NCBI RefSeq assembly: GCF_001194135.2
Contig: NC_068983.1
Span: 109,690,907-109,754,906, forward strand
Origin: Octopus bimaculoides
Taxonomy: Eukaryota
DNA length: 64,000 nt
Direction of reading: 5' to 3'
Shown here: positions 1-12,221 of the stretch, one piece after another
Layout: the number at the start of each line of letters is the position of its first letter
How positions within the stretch are numbered: the stretch's first letter is position 1
Position numbers and translations under genes: made by a program
The notes under the pieces: model-generated
The model's input: only the letters and a program-made list of their open reading frames with translations
Told to the model about the DNA's origin: nothing
Database searches by the model: none

Positions 1-95
1 CACACATACAGATATACATATACACATACATATATACGCATACATCTACATGCACCCCCCACACACACATGCATGCACACACACACACACACACA
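1..95. repeat. Compound (CA/TA)n microsatellite
   Basis: Imperfect CA/TA dinucleotide run ending in a pure (CA)n tract. Confidence 0.9.
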
Positions 96-993
96 GTTAC
101 CTGTACAGTTATGCTTCAGTCTGATTACTTAATAATTTAAAAACATTGAATATCACTCATATATATTAAAATACAGGTTCTTATCAACTAAGGCTGAAAT
201 GTGAGTATAATAAATTTTACTCAGGATAGCCCAGTTGTTTATTCTTATATTCTCTTTTATTTTCACTTTCATTCTTATACATGCTTCCCTTAAATCAAAA
301 TATCACCATAGTTAACTCTTCACAACATATCTTCATTGCAAGAGAATTTACCCACCATAAGATGTAAAACAAGAATTAAAATTATTCAGACCAATGTCTC
401 CAGAGATACCATTGTGAGTGATAAAGTAAAACTTGAGTTGTAATCTCACCCATTCATGTAATTTTCAAAATAGCTTGAATTTTCACAGGTACGATTAGTC
501 TCAATTAAAACAGCAAAATGAAAATAATGATACTTACATACAAGTCTGCCTGAACACCATTATAGACTCCCAAGTAAAGCAATGCACTGAAGCCCATACA
601 TGCACAACCACATAAAACCAATTTGTATAAACATAATTATGGAAAATAAGTAGAAGTTTTAAAACAACCCCAAAAGCAGAAATTTTAAAAAGCCTATTCT
701 TATTCAACTTCATAACATGCAAAGACAGATCTTTTCAGATAGTGTTATTTTTGATAACTCTCCTCAATTCGAAGGTCTGTCAGTATCTTATATTTTGTAG
801 TCTAAGAGTGAAAGCACAAATGTTTTTCCAGAACTTGGAATACCCCGATTAGGATAGCTACCAAAGTGTTATGTCCTATGCCATGCACACACACTATGCA
901 CAGGCCCCCACCTCAAATATCAGCAAAAGTACTTTTGATGTTTCCAGAACCCACCCATCTATCAGTCACAACAATAAAAATTCAAATTGTTTT

Positions 994-1269
994 CATCATC
1001 ATCATCATCATCATCATCATCGTTTAATGTTCGCTTTCCATGCTTGCATGGGTTGGATGATTTGACTGAGGACTGCTGAACCGGATGGCTGCACCAGGCT
1101 CCAATCTGATCTGGTAGAGTTTCTACAGCTGGATGCCCCTCCTAACGAAACCACTCCGAGAGTGTAGTGGGTGCTTTTACGTGCCACCAGCACGAGGGCC
1201 AGTCATGTGGTACTGGCCACGCGGTACGGCCATGCTCAAAATGGTGTTTTTTATGTGCCACCTGCACAG
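994..1269 (-). mobile_element. 3' end of an RTE-type LINE with (GAT)n tail
   Basis: Reverse complement matches the 3' region of the RT-bearing element at 19180-19443 (GGAAGGGCATCCAGCTGTAGAAACTCT...CATGGAAAGCGGACGTTAAACGATGAT) and ends in (CAT)n on the + strand. Confidence 0.85.
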
Positions 1270-1867
1270 AAATATATAAATAGATAGGTGATTTCAACAA
1301 AATCAGTGCTTAAACATTAACAATAAAAAAAAGCATACACACTACAACAGAGATTAATCAACACACCCTTTTGAAGAATATAGCAAGAACCTTGAAAAAT
1401 TTTAACATATAATCATATGCAACTGGTACATCATGTAGATAGAGATGAGACAACATGGAATTGCAGTAAATTATTTATTATTATTCAAGTGTACAACACA
1501 AATGTTTGCAAAATTTCTTTGTAGAAAATCGCTTTAGAATTGATTTGAAGGAAAAAGCTTTCAAGATGTCATTTTTCATGCACATAAGTGAAAGCCCATT
1601 GAAATGCTGCTGTGCCACTAAAAAAAGTATAATATTAATATTCTAAGTTATTAACTAGGATATACTTTGACTTCATTGTTTTAGGTTGTTCTGCTGGTCA
1701 ATCAGAATAAAAATTGTGAAATAATAACAGTAAAATCGCTGATAGACTTGATATCAACTAAAAAAGCTGCTTGTTAATTGTTTCAAGATTCTACCCAAGA
1801 TGAGTAGTCTAAAATTTGTATATTCAAAATGAAAATTTTAAAAAGAATTTCTTACCAACATGTTGTT

Positions 1868-1972
1868 GGAAGCTTTAGGTGTTTTCGCTCACAACGCCCA
1901 GTCTGGAAATCGAAACTGCGATCTTATGACTACAAGTCCACTGCCATAACCACTGGGCCATTGCGCCTCCAC
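1868..1972 (-). mobile_element. tRNA-derived SINE head (family C), truncated
   Basis: Minus strand reads GGAGGCGCAATGGCCCAGTGGTT...GTTTCGATTTCC (A- and B-box-like); homologous to 61150-61265. Confidence 0.8.
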
Positions 1973-3590
1973 TTCTTACCAACAATAAGCCTCATAATGA
2001 ACAGTACATCTCAAAAATCTGGATGTCAACTTGAATGATGACACAGGATTTGAGAGAGAGAGAGAGAGAGAGAGGTGGTGGGGGTGTAAACATAAAATAG
2101 GGGCTGATAAACAGATCAATAATTGAAAAAAGTCTCTACTGAATTTGAACTAGAGACAAAAGCAAGAACAAAAGCAACAACAACATAATACATACATATT
2201 CATCATCATCATCATCATTTAACATTCTTTTTTTTATTATGCTGTCATTGGTTGGATGGTTTGAGAGGAGCTAATGATTCAGAGGTCTGCGACGAGCTCT
2301 GACTAGATCCTAAATCCATGGTAATGACATTGACTACTTTAACGGTACCTCTTCTAACTCAATACACTACATAGCAAGCAAACACTGCAAAGGGGAAAGT
2401 GGAGAGCCATTGAATGACATGTTCTAAGAACATCACCTGCATCAGAACACAAATCTATAGTCCCACAATATTACTCTCCTTGCAGCAACACAGACCACCT
2501 TGAACAAGTAGAATTCTCTAACATTATTTGCAAATGACATCTGCAATATAAGGAAAAGTGTCTCATCATCATTCATCAACAACCAGCTGTATCTCTTAAG
2601 TAAAAAAATTATCTAGTATTCTACTATCAGAATCAGAGATGTACTTGTTTGGCAAGTCATCTGATCTAAGACTATATGTTGAAACTAAAACAATTACAGA
2701 ATAAAAGACACATATTAACGATTCACAATGCAAGAACTCAACTACACTTAAATATTTATTATTTGTTATCAAATTTTTATCGCATCAGTTGAAACTTGGC
2801 CAATGACGTAGTTCCACTGCATCTAATTTAGAGTGAACTTATCAGGATGTATAAGCTTCAGGGTGATAAATGTATTTTTCATCTATGTTGTATGTCATTC
2901 TGGTTGTCATTGCCTGTTGTTAGTAAATTGGTCAGTTAACGTGGTATCTAATTCTAATCCACAAACCATATCTTTTTTATTTCTATAGTATTGTATACAG
3001 AAATGATTTCAAAGGAGAGACTATGACTATAGGTTGACACAAATTGCATGAGTAAGGGGAGTGGGTGGGGTGGGGGCAGAGGAAATAGCAGCAGAAGTAG
3101 GAGTAGCAGGAGTGGTAGTATTAGTAGCAGTAGTAATGAAATTAGCAGAACTAGTGGTGAAAGAAGAAAATATATAAAATGCAATAAAAGGGATATATTT
3201 TGTTACTATGTTTTTTTTAAATCCTTGGTAGATTACACTGAGCATAGGGTTTACCTATCATACACCAACAGCCTTCTACTTTCCTTTAGATAACAACTAG
3301 ATTATATATACCTATGGCTGACATCAAGGGGAATTGCAACTCATTGGTTTAATAGCTTCTATAAAATTTCACTAAAACTTCCATAAACCTTATGCCTACA
3401 ATCTTCCATAAAATTTACTGAATCTCATAATTCCAGAAACTTTACATAGAAAAAGGAAAACTACATTAGCACAGAGTACTGAAACTGACTTCTACATAGC
3501 AGCAGTTGCCAGCCATGATTCCTTCACCAGCCAGTAACAGTTACACTCCTCATCCAATGATAGCCAATCTTATGTAGAAGCTGTGAATGC

Positions 3591-3865
<275 letters not shown>

Positions 3866-3929
3866 CTGTGATGTGCAAAATTTGTTAACACCCCTTAGAA
3901 TGCTACAATCAAATGTTAGTTTGTCTTTG

Positions 3930-4500
3930 AGCACATGGCCATCAATGAGGATGAAAACCATCTACCAATAGGCTCTGATGATGGCTAAAAACTCAAGAAA
4001 ATCAGTGACTGTAACTATCTGGTGTCCTGCATAGTTAACAGGAAGGAAAATTTCCTGATGTGCAAAAGACAAGACTGAAGTGCTTGTAACAAGCTTTACA
4101 ACTTCAAGCATTCAAATGCCTCTAAGTCAACAAGGCTGACCTTCTCCAAAGTGCTTGTAGGGAGTATTCTCTATGGAAACATAATAAAACTACTTCTTAA
4201 ACTCATTTACTCAAAGAAATGTCTTGAGTTTGGGCTCCCAATCACTGATGACATCTAACATGGTTCTTAAGGCCTGCAAAAGATTTACAAGTCATTCCAC
4301 ACCAACCACAAGTCAAATGCCCAGTAGCAGCCTGACCATCTGGGTGATGGGACCCTAAAACATCAAGTGAATTGAATGGTCAGCCTACAAACCCTGCTTC
4401 ACAAGGTGCACAAGAGATGATGCTTCATATTATACTGGTAGACAGAAGCACCTCTGTAACCAAGCTTATGACTAAGTAGGCCGACCATTTGAGAAACAGA
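3930..4500 (+). mobile_element. Highly degenerate RTE-like LINE, post-RT (thumb) region
   Basis: Frame-broken remnants, e.g. GCTTGTAGGGAGTATTCTCTATGGA, resembling the RTE VESxLLYG motif; many stops. Confidence 0.45.
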
Positions 4501-4518
4501 CACAACAACACTGGTCTA

Positions 4519-4619
4519 CAAAAGAGACTCTTTTGTGCCCTTTAGGGAGTGTGTGAGCCCTCTTACTCAAAAGAGACTCTTTTGTGCCCTTTTGAGTAAG
4601 AGGGCTCACACACTCCCTA
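4519..4619. repeat. Overlapping 25-bp direct repeat and 31-bp perfect inverted repeat
   Basis: CAAAAGAGACTCTTTTGTGCCCTTT at 4519-4543 and 4568-4592; TAGGGAGTGTGTGAGCCCTCTTACTCAAAAG at 4543-4573 is inverted at 4589-4619. Confidence 0.95.
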
Positions 4620-4998
4620 TATTTACCAGCATGTCTCAACTCACTGTATGCAACACTTATTCTTCACTTCTTTAAAACCAGTAGAAATCAGATTCATCCA
4701 CAACTCCCTCTCTAAAGTAAGAAACTCCAAAGTGTTATTATCGATATTGATCTTTAGAATTGTCATTGAAATGGCTTGCACAGGGTATGTCTCCCTTGTT
4801 CTAACTCACCATGCAACACCTGCTTTGGTAGGCAGATATCCTCTAAATGGACAAGATGATCAAACCATCTAAGCTGGTGTTTCATAATCATGGACTCCGT
4901 ATTTGTTATTTCTGCTAGATACAATACTCTTGTATGAGATACATGAGCTTGCCAAGAGATCTTCAAGATATTACACAAGCATCACTGGTGAAAACACT
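4620..4998 (-). mobile_element. Degenerate RTE LINE ORF C-terminus (3' part, split by the LTR element)
   Basis: Translates [17 protein letters not shown]...[30 protein letters not shown], matching the RTE consensus FHQRCLRxIL..QLRWxGHVxRMxDxRLPKQxxYGEL. Confidence 0.8.
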
Positions 4999-5351
4999 TG
5001 TAGTAACGCCGTGCGCATGCATAGTCTCATGCATGCGTGGAATTCAACATCCAAGCGTTACCCACTTTATTCTGTCTCTTTCTCGACTGGCCAGCGATTG
5101 AGCAAGGACGTGTCTAGCTGTCTCTCTCCATCTTTCGAACTCACGCTAGACAGCTCACATCAACATACCAACGTCCCAACAACCATGTTCTCACACACAG
5201 AAGGCGTCTCAACAATCAAGAGTAAAGCTGTATATTTTCCACCATAAATAAATATTGTTGAGTTGATAGTTTGGAGTTCTGCGTTCCGTTCATTCTAATT
5301 TAATATAGGAAATTGGGTGTACACCTAATGGTGTATAACCAATTTCCTACA
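4999..5351 (+). repeat. 5' LTR (353 bp)
   Basis: Aligns without gaps to 6319-6671 with 12 substitutions; TG...CA ends; AATAAA near 5247. Confidence 0.95.
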
Positions 5352-5354
5352 AAT

Positions 5355-5367
5355 TGGTGACCCCGAC
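5355..5367 (+). promoter_or_regulatory. Primer-binding site complementary to the tRNA-Trp 3' end
   Basis: TGGTGACCCCGAC, 3 nt after the 5' LTR, is the complement of the eukaryotic tRNA-Trp 3' end (...GTCGGGGTCACCA). Confidence 0.85.
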
Positions 5368-6307
5368 TAAAGAACAAATGCGGCCATGGATTCTGGACTA
5401 CCAACCAATAATACTATACGAGACGTCAAATTCATTTTTACACAGCGTCGTCTACTTGCTAAAAATACCAGCAACATGCTCGTCACATGCGAACAATTTC
5501 ATCTTGGGTTAAAAATTTTTTCAAGGTTTTCGCTAATGGTCGTACAGATTGTATCTGTCGACCGTCTGTAAAAGCGTACCTCTTCAAACACCATCATCAC
5601 CAAGCAGCCTTTTCAGCACCAGCTTCGTTCAACCAAGATTACCACCGCAACGACAACAACAACCACTACCAACTACAAGCATTCCCCCGACGTCGCCAAC
5701 AGTTTCAACAGGACATCATTACCACCGTCAACATCATTACCACCACACATACAGAACACAGCTACAGCTATAAACCAGTTCCTGTGCCGAAGTCTTCGCC
5801 ATCAATGTACTGTCTACCACAATGTCATGCGCCAACAACCCCACCACCAGGGACACACCAGATCAACGCACTCGGTTTTATCTTCACTGTATGAGTGGAA
5901 TATCCACTCACGCACAACAGTCAGAGCTAGCCGACTAGGATATTTAGTACCAGGTAACAGGTCGCAACTCGCATCGACACTCAACTACAGCTCTGCTAAC
6001 TGACCACAACTTCCTGAGTACAGACATTCAACTTGTGTAACTTTTATACGAACTGGATTTTTTTTCTCTACAGACACTTTTACTATGTTCTGTGTTTTTT
6101 CTCTCTCACACACACACTTGTGCACTCATACATTTTCTTTCCTTTCAGAAACATTGCATGCATGTATCTCACAAGTGTACATTCATGTCTTTGATTTTTC
6201 TTTGTGTGTCTTTGTGCTACATCTTGTGGGTGGTTTTCAGTGGCCATCCGGCCTCAGGCGTTCCTCCAAAAAAAAAAAAATTATATTATCGTGCGTTCCA
6301 CACTGGC

Positions 6308-6315
6308 GAGGGGAG
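6308..6315 (+). promoter_or_regulatory. Polypurine tract
   Basis: GAGGGGAG, 3 nt upstream of the 3' LTR. Confidence 0.6.
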
Positions 6316-6318
6316 CCC

Positions 6319-6671
6319 TGTAGTAACGCCGTGCATATGCGTAGTCTCGCGCATGTGTGGAATTCAACATCCAAGTGTTTCCCGCTTTATTCTGTCTCTT
6401 TCTCGACTGGCCAGCGATTGAGTAAGGACATGTCTAGCTGTCTCTCTCCATCTTTCGAACTCACGCTAGACAGCTCACATCAACATACCAACGTCCCAAC
6501 AACCATGTTCTCACACACAGAAGGCGTCTCAACAATCAAGAGTAAAGCTGTATATTTTCCACCATAAATAAATATTGTTGAGTTGATAGTTTGGAGTTCT
6601 GCGTTCCGTTCATTCTAATTTAATATAGGAAATTGGGTGTACATCTAATGGTGTATAACCAATTTCCTACA
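6319..6671 (+). repeat. 3' LTR (353 bp)
   Basis: Direct repeat of 4999-5351 at offset 1320. Confidence 0.95.
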
Positions 6672-6960
6672 CACTCAAGACATTGGATATGCTTGTGGTA
6701 GGTTGTTCAGGTCATGCATCCATTCAACAGTGCTGTCAAAACACATACTTGATAGACTTCAACTTTTGTTGCTACTTTGATGTTCAGTCTTGATTCAAAC
6801 TTTTCAAATGCATCACAGTCTTTAGAAAATCTATAATCTCCTCATTAAGTATATGAAATGTAGATCATGTGAGGCTTTGGAGCCCAAAGCTATAACCAAA
6901 ATGTCAATTATGTCACACTAGTGTGGAAGTCATCACATACATAATTAGTAGCTATCTAAA
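6672..6960 (-). mobile_element. Degenerate RTE LINE (5' part of the copy split by the LTR element)
   Basis: Minus strand gives TKVEVYQVCVLTALLNGC...YHKHIQCLE. Removing the LTR element and one CACT restores ...CLE-C-FHQ*CL across the junction. Confidence 0.75.
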
Positions 6961-7018
6961 AACTATCATCAAGGTACTACCTCACAAGGCAACATGATAT
7001 TGTTATGAAAACAATATA

Positions 7019-7541
7019 TGAGGTCTGATAAAAAAATATCGGGAGTGTTGCTATGGTAATGGAACTAAAGCACACATAATGAAGCCACTTGGTACAGATT
7101 GACCTTGAACTCTGTCACAAATGCATGCTAAGTCCCATCGTTTATAGCAGTGCTTGGAAGTAAAGTGTGTAGAGTACAGTCAAGTTTCAGTTTGCCAGAT
7201 CTCCTTAATTGTGTCAAGGAAGATGAAAACTTTTTGAAAATGGTCATAACAGGTAACAAACCGTGGATCTATGGATATGACCTAGAAAACAAAGCAAAAA
7301 TCAAATCCCAATTGAAAGGAATGAGATCTCAAGACATCAAAGAAATCCAAGAGAATGCAACAAGGTAGCTGCTTGCTATCCCAAAAGAGGAGTTCCAAGA
7401 ATGTTTCTATCATTGGAAATGAGGAAGGATAAAGTGTGTAGCTTCAGAAGTGGACTACTTCAAAGGAGATTAAATGCTGAATTGATGTGTTGTGGTTTCC
7501 TTTTTATAGAACCAGTCCTGATACTTTGTGATCAGACCTCA
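7019..7541 (+). mobile_element. Internally deleted mariner element
   Basis: TIRs TGAGGTCTGATAAAAAAATATC / GATACTTTGTGATCAGACCTCA, TA on the left. Residual transposase DENFLKMVITGNKPWIYGYDLENK // KSQLKG...EIQENATR*LLAIPKEEFQECF..WK...KCVASEVDYFKGD*. Confidence 0.88.
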
Positions 7542-8483
7542 CAAAATGCCATCTGAAAAAAATGACTGTTCTTGAATAAATATGTAGAATCTCCCCGTTC
7601 CTGAATATATACATAATCATCAACACAAAAAATATTGACAATATTGACAGAACTTTCCCATCAAAACTTCTATGAAGTGCAAACATAGGCCAAATATAGT
7701 TGTTTGGGACAGACAAGCAAAATGATGCACCATCATATAGGTCAAATGCCCTACTGATGTGAATTACTAAACAACTACTTCAAAACTTTTAGGTCCCATA
7801 CCTAGATTATAGTTTCACATTCATACCAATAATAAATGGGGCATTTGGTTTTCTTAGTAGATACCTAAGTGACAATTTGGAAATGCTACAGTTTTCAGAA
7901 AAAGAAATCAACTAGATGAAATGCATCTTAGAAATGCAATTTGTAAGGGGAACAGTAAAAATATGCAAGACTTTTCTCAAGTTCAGCATGTGACATTCTT
8001 TATGCTATCTAAGTTTTAATGATGGAGCTTTATATCTTTGTTATAAACCTACTTCTTTCTTATATGAAGACGTCAACAAATTAAAAATAAAAGAGAACAT
8101 ACATATATATCACTCATTCATTTTTATGTTGTTTTTCATAGTGACATAGGTTAGATGAAAAGTTATTAAAATAATATTTAAGAGAAGGATGCCCCTCCTG
8201 TTACCAATACTTATTTGGTTTTGAAGTAAGAGATTTTTTTTATTGCACTGGCCTTCAGAAGAGCATAACTGTACTTTGTATTGTTTATAGATGTGAAAAA
8301 TATTCTTGTCTTGTTCAAACAGTTTCTAGTGCAGCAAAATACACTTGCCAGAGAAGCCTCACAGTGCCACCTTTAGCAAGTGTTTATTACTATTCTTAAA
8401 AATATTCTATGCTATGGTTCACTATAAACTTCATAATTTTATAGTTTTCAAAATAGCAGAGGAAATTACAAAGATACTGCTAA

Positions 8484-8514
<31 letters not shown>

Positions 8515-11500
8515 GTGTGTGTGTTGCAAATGAGATTCTCACATTTTCCCAACCGATCTGAACAATTACCATACGGATACTTTTTTTTTTGTTTATTCTT
8601 TTCTTTGGCATGCTGGTAATCACTGTATGGATATTCCAGTATCTCAAGTTCAAATATCCAAATGTGTTCCATTGATTACCAAGTAAAATTTAAAATATTG
8701 GTTTACTTCCAAATTTTTTTCTTTCTGTTGTAAATGTGTTATGAGGTTATATGATGAGTAAACCAAACATTATATGAAAAATAAAAACAGTAACCTGGAA
8801 AAAAATTAAATACGAGGTATATGATGACACAACTTCTTTTAAATATCTCTGTTTATAATAGTTAATGATTCAAAATACCATCATACCCAGCCCACATAAT
8901 TATAAAAACATTCTTTTCATTTTCTTTTATTTTCTTTTTGGTTAATACTGTGTCAAATATTTCTTTTAATTACATAACATCAAACATAACCTTAAGTCTT
9001 TATTTGCTTTTTCTTATTTGAAAATATTATGTTTATATTTCTTGATGTTTTCTAATAAAATTAAAAACAAATTTCAATTAAGCCAAGAAATGTATTACAC
9101 ATATCTTAAGAGAAATATGGAAGTCAAACAAACAACCTCAAAAGCAGCTTCTGACAAGTTTTTATATATTAAAATCAATAAGTCATCTACTAAAATTTCA
9201 AAAATATCCAGCTAACTTCTATCTAACTCTCTTGTCCATAAACATTTTCTATCAAGGATCACTCTACTTTCATATTATCTACAGTTATTTTCCCTTTAGT
9301 AAATGCCTCAGTCTCTAAAACAAAGTTTTTCTACAGAAGAAAATTTACTTCCAGTAACAGCTTCAAGCAGATTTATAGATTAAAGTACATTGAAGTTGTT
9401 AGCTTAATTTTATGCCTTCTCTTTAATTATTTATTTTTCACGAATATGTATTCAGGTAAGTTTATGTTATAACAATAAAAAAATTTCACCAAAAATTACT
9501 TTATTATTTACTTTAAGTTTGACATTATAAAATACCTCTATATCTATCTATATTGAGAAAACATTTTGAATCTTACAAATAACTACTGCTTGTTTCTATA
9601 AGAGCTTGTAACTGAATCTGCATTTTCAATGGTATAGTGTGGGGTGCACAAGGCATATAAACAATATAAGATGGCCACTTTTTTCATGCTGAAGGCAAAT
9701 ATATGTTGAAAGTACATGCCATTTAACATATGAGTGACCACTATGTTCTGTACATGCTATGCCACTGCTCATTTTCATTCATATATTTTCAAGTTTGAAC
9801 TTACAAACTTACTTTGTAATAAAATCCTTGTTCATTAAATCACAACTGCAAGCTCTATGTTTACATGGTTAAGAATAAGGAGCTATATTAAAGTTTATAC
9901 AATAATAACAAATTTAGAGATATCTTTAACCCTTTTAATAGCAACCTGCCTGAGACTGTACCTGGCTCTATGATGAAAACTTCTTTTAAAATTATCCAAA
10001 TTACATCAAAATTTTCTGCTGCTTTATGTTCCAAACACCAGGTTAATAATGACAAAGTCATTTTACTGAATTCTTCATTATTTTCAAAATTAATTGAGAC
10101 AAAAGCAGTGTATTTCAACAGAAATACAGTAACAAAAGGTAAAACACTTCAGGTTTGAAAATTTTCAGTTTAGTTCCCTATTAATAGTTTAGTCTTTTTA
10201 ATAGTTGTTGAAGATTTTCTTCTGCTAATTCAGTTATTAGTGATTATTTTTCTTTCACCTTTGCTTAGAAGTTTTGTTAATATATATATATATGTGTATT
10301 TTCTAGTGGTGGTGGTGTTCAAATCCCACATTTACTTGGTGAACATAGATGACCAAATATATGCATAACTTGGTATTGTATTTATTATTTTGTTATCATG
10401 CAAAAAAAATTTTAAAAAGATCTGAAGCATTGCAGATAAGACTAAATTATATTGTAGATAGCATATGTAATTGTGTATATAACTGTTTACTAAGATGTCT
10501 TATTATTTATTATGCAGGATGATAGCCATCATAATTCTGCTTCTTTCTGCAAAGGGTTGGACAATTTCCAAATTGTTTTTTGATAACAAACTGCAGTGAC
10601 AGTCTTGGACAATTTCAACCAAACAGAAAAACAGCACAGAGCAATAAGAGTCACTACATATATTAGGGCCCAAAATACTTAAAACCTTGTTAGTTACTGG
10701 CATGCTACAAAGCTTAAGTGCAGCTTTCTTTAGAGCTCTGATTACCATTTCTGGTAGTGTTACATCTCCACACATATACCCACAAACATGTACACATAAA
10801 CATCCTACACTATTCCCATAAAAAGACCATCTAGCTGACAGATATAATTTACTCACTAAAATATGCCAACCACTAGCACACAGAATAATGTTTCTTCTTT
10901 CTCTCCAATGTTTATTCCCAAACCTCACACTAAACATTATACTTAATTCTTTCTCATATCTATGCCCTCTTGAGTTTTTACTTTTTCTTATCTTTCCTAC
11001 AAATACCAACCTACAGAAGTGCAATGTGAAAATCAATAAGATAGACCTCCTCAGTAGAGAAAGACCTCAAGACATCATGATTATTTAATGGTTGCATATC
11101 AAAATATCTGTATTACCCACAATTATATGACTGAATGGTAAAAGGAAAGATGAAAGAATTAATCAAAGGGAGAAAGAAAACTAATTCTCGAGAATCACTG
11201 AATTGCAAAATACTTTTTTGTTTTTTTTAAAAATTGCTAACATGCATATTTTCACTTAAAACACACTTTTAAAGAATAAATCAGGCTGATGAAACAGAAA
11301 AGATGCAAGAAACGAATTCAAGATGTAAATTCCATACTTCAAGTAATAAGCCTGTTATGAGAAACAGACAAATATGCGTATAACTTGGATTAATGTCCGT
11401 AAAATTTAACAACTGGCTCCATACTCCTATATTACCAAAATTAGCTTATTAACACAGCCAATAATTAGGTTCAAGTACTGTCATCAAATATGCTGATGTG

Positions 11501-11913
11501 AATTGATTTGTTCAAAAGTAGAAAGTATTTTTTTAGAACTATAAAGATTACAAGCTCTTTCTCTCAGCATTTAAAAAACAATTCCATTCCACATGCTTCA
11601 CAAGATGCTGGGATTTAGCCAAAAATTAATATAACCATTAATATCACTGGACAACTTAAGCTTTGGTTATAAAAACATTTATTCAAAATGCTTTTTTATG
11701 GAACTTGGCATTCCTTTACATTGATAATAAAAGGACCTAAATATGCAACACACTAAAGGATAAAATTGCCATCAAATAGTAAAATATCAGAAGTTATGTA
11801 GAAAAGTTATATATACACTTTGTAATCATAGAATTAAATTGGGTATTAAAGGGAGGGTTGGCAATATGATAGAACCTACACACATAAAAGGAAAATGATT
11901 CTTACTAAACTGT

Positions 11914-12055
11914 AGGCATAGGCATTGCTGTGTAGTTAAGATGTTTGCTTCCTAACCACATGGTTTTAAATTCAGTCCCTCTGTCTTATACTACAGTACT
12001 GAGTCAACCAAAGCCTTAAGAGTAGATTTGATAGATGGAAACTGAAATAAACCCA

Positions 12056-12096
<41 letters not shown>

Positions 12097-12099
12097 TTT

Positions 12100-12154
<55 letters not shown>

Positions 12155-12172
12155 ATGCATGTNNNNNNNNNN

Positions 12173-12220
<48 letters not shown>
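11914..12220 (+). mobile_element. tRNA-derived SINE family A (5' half) with (TG)n
   Basis: Homologous to 27741-27905 with an internal deletion; followed by (TG)n containing a 10-N gap. Confidence 0.75.

Positions 12221-12221
<1 letters not shown>

Larger units (their letters stand above)
4999..6671 (+). mobile_element. Internally deleted (non-autonomous) Ty3/Gypsy LTR retrotransposon, probably CsRn1-like
   Basis: Two 353-bp LTRs (TGTAG...CTACA), 4-bp TSD CACT (4995-4998 / 6672-6675), PBS TGGTGACCCCGAC, purine tract before the 3' LTR. Only an integrase C-terminal remnant (NGRTD / VSVDRL, ~5530-5570) is recognisable inside. Confidence 0.92.

Noticed and set aside
821-844. Walker A-like GIPSSGKT on the minus strand
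   Set aside because: Sits in a 26-codon frame bounded by stops, needs a frameshift to gain the preceding hydrophobic strand, and has no downstream Walker B; compatible with chance.
2954-3293. Ser/Gly-rich and Leu/Pro-rich ORFs
   Set aside because: Produced by a degenerate (AGY)n low-complexity tract read on both strands.
4903-6567. Paired 114-aa and 160-aa ORFs with identical C-termini
   Set aside because: They read through the two LTRs; the identity reflects the LTR duplication, not paralogous genes.
10519-10600. MIAIIILLLSAKGWTIS resembling the GPR180/TMEM145 LLAKGW motif after a good + strand acceptor
   Set aside because: Stop after 26 codons, no suitable donor, and no neighbouring exons of that family seen.
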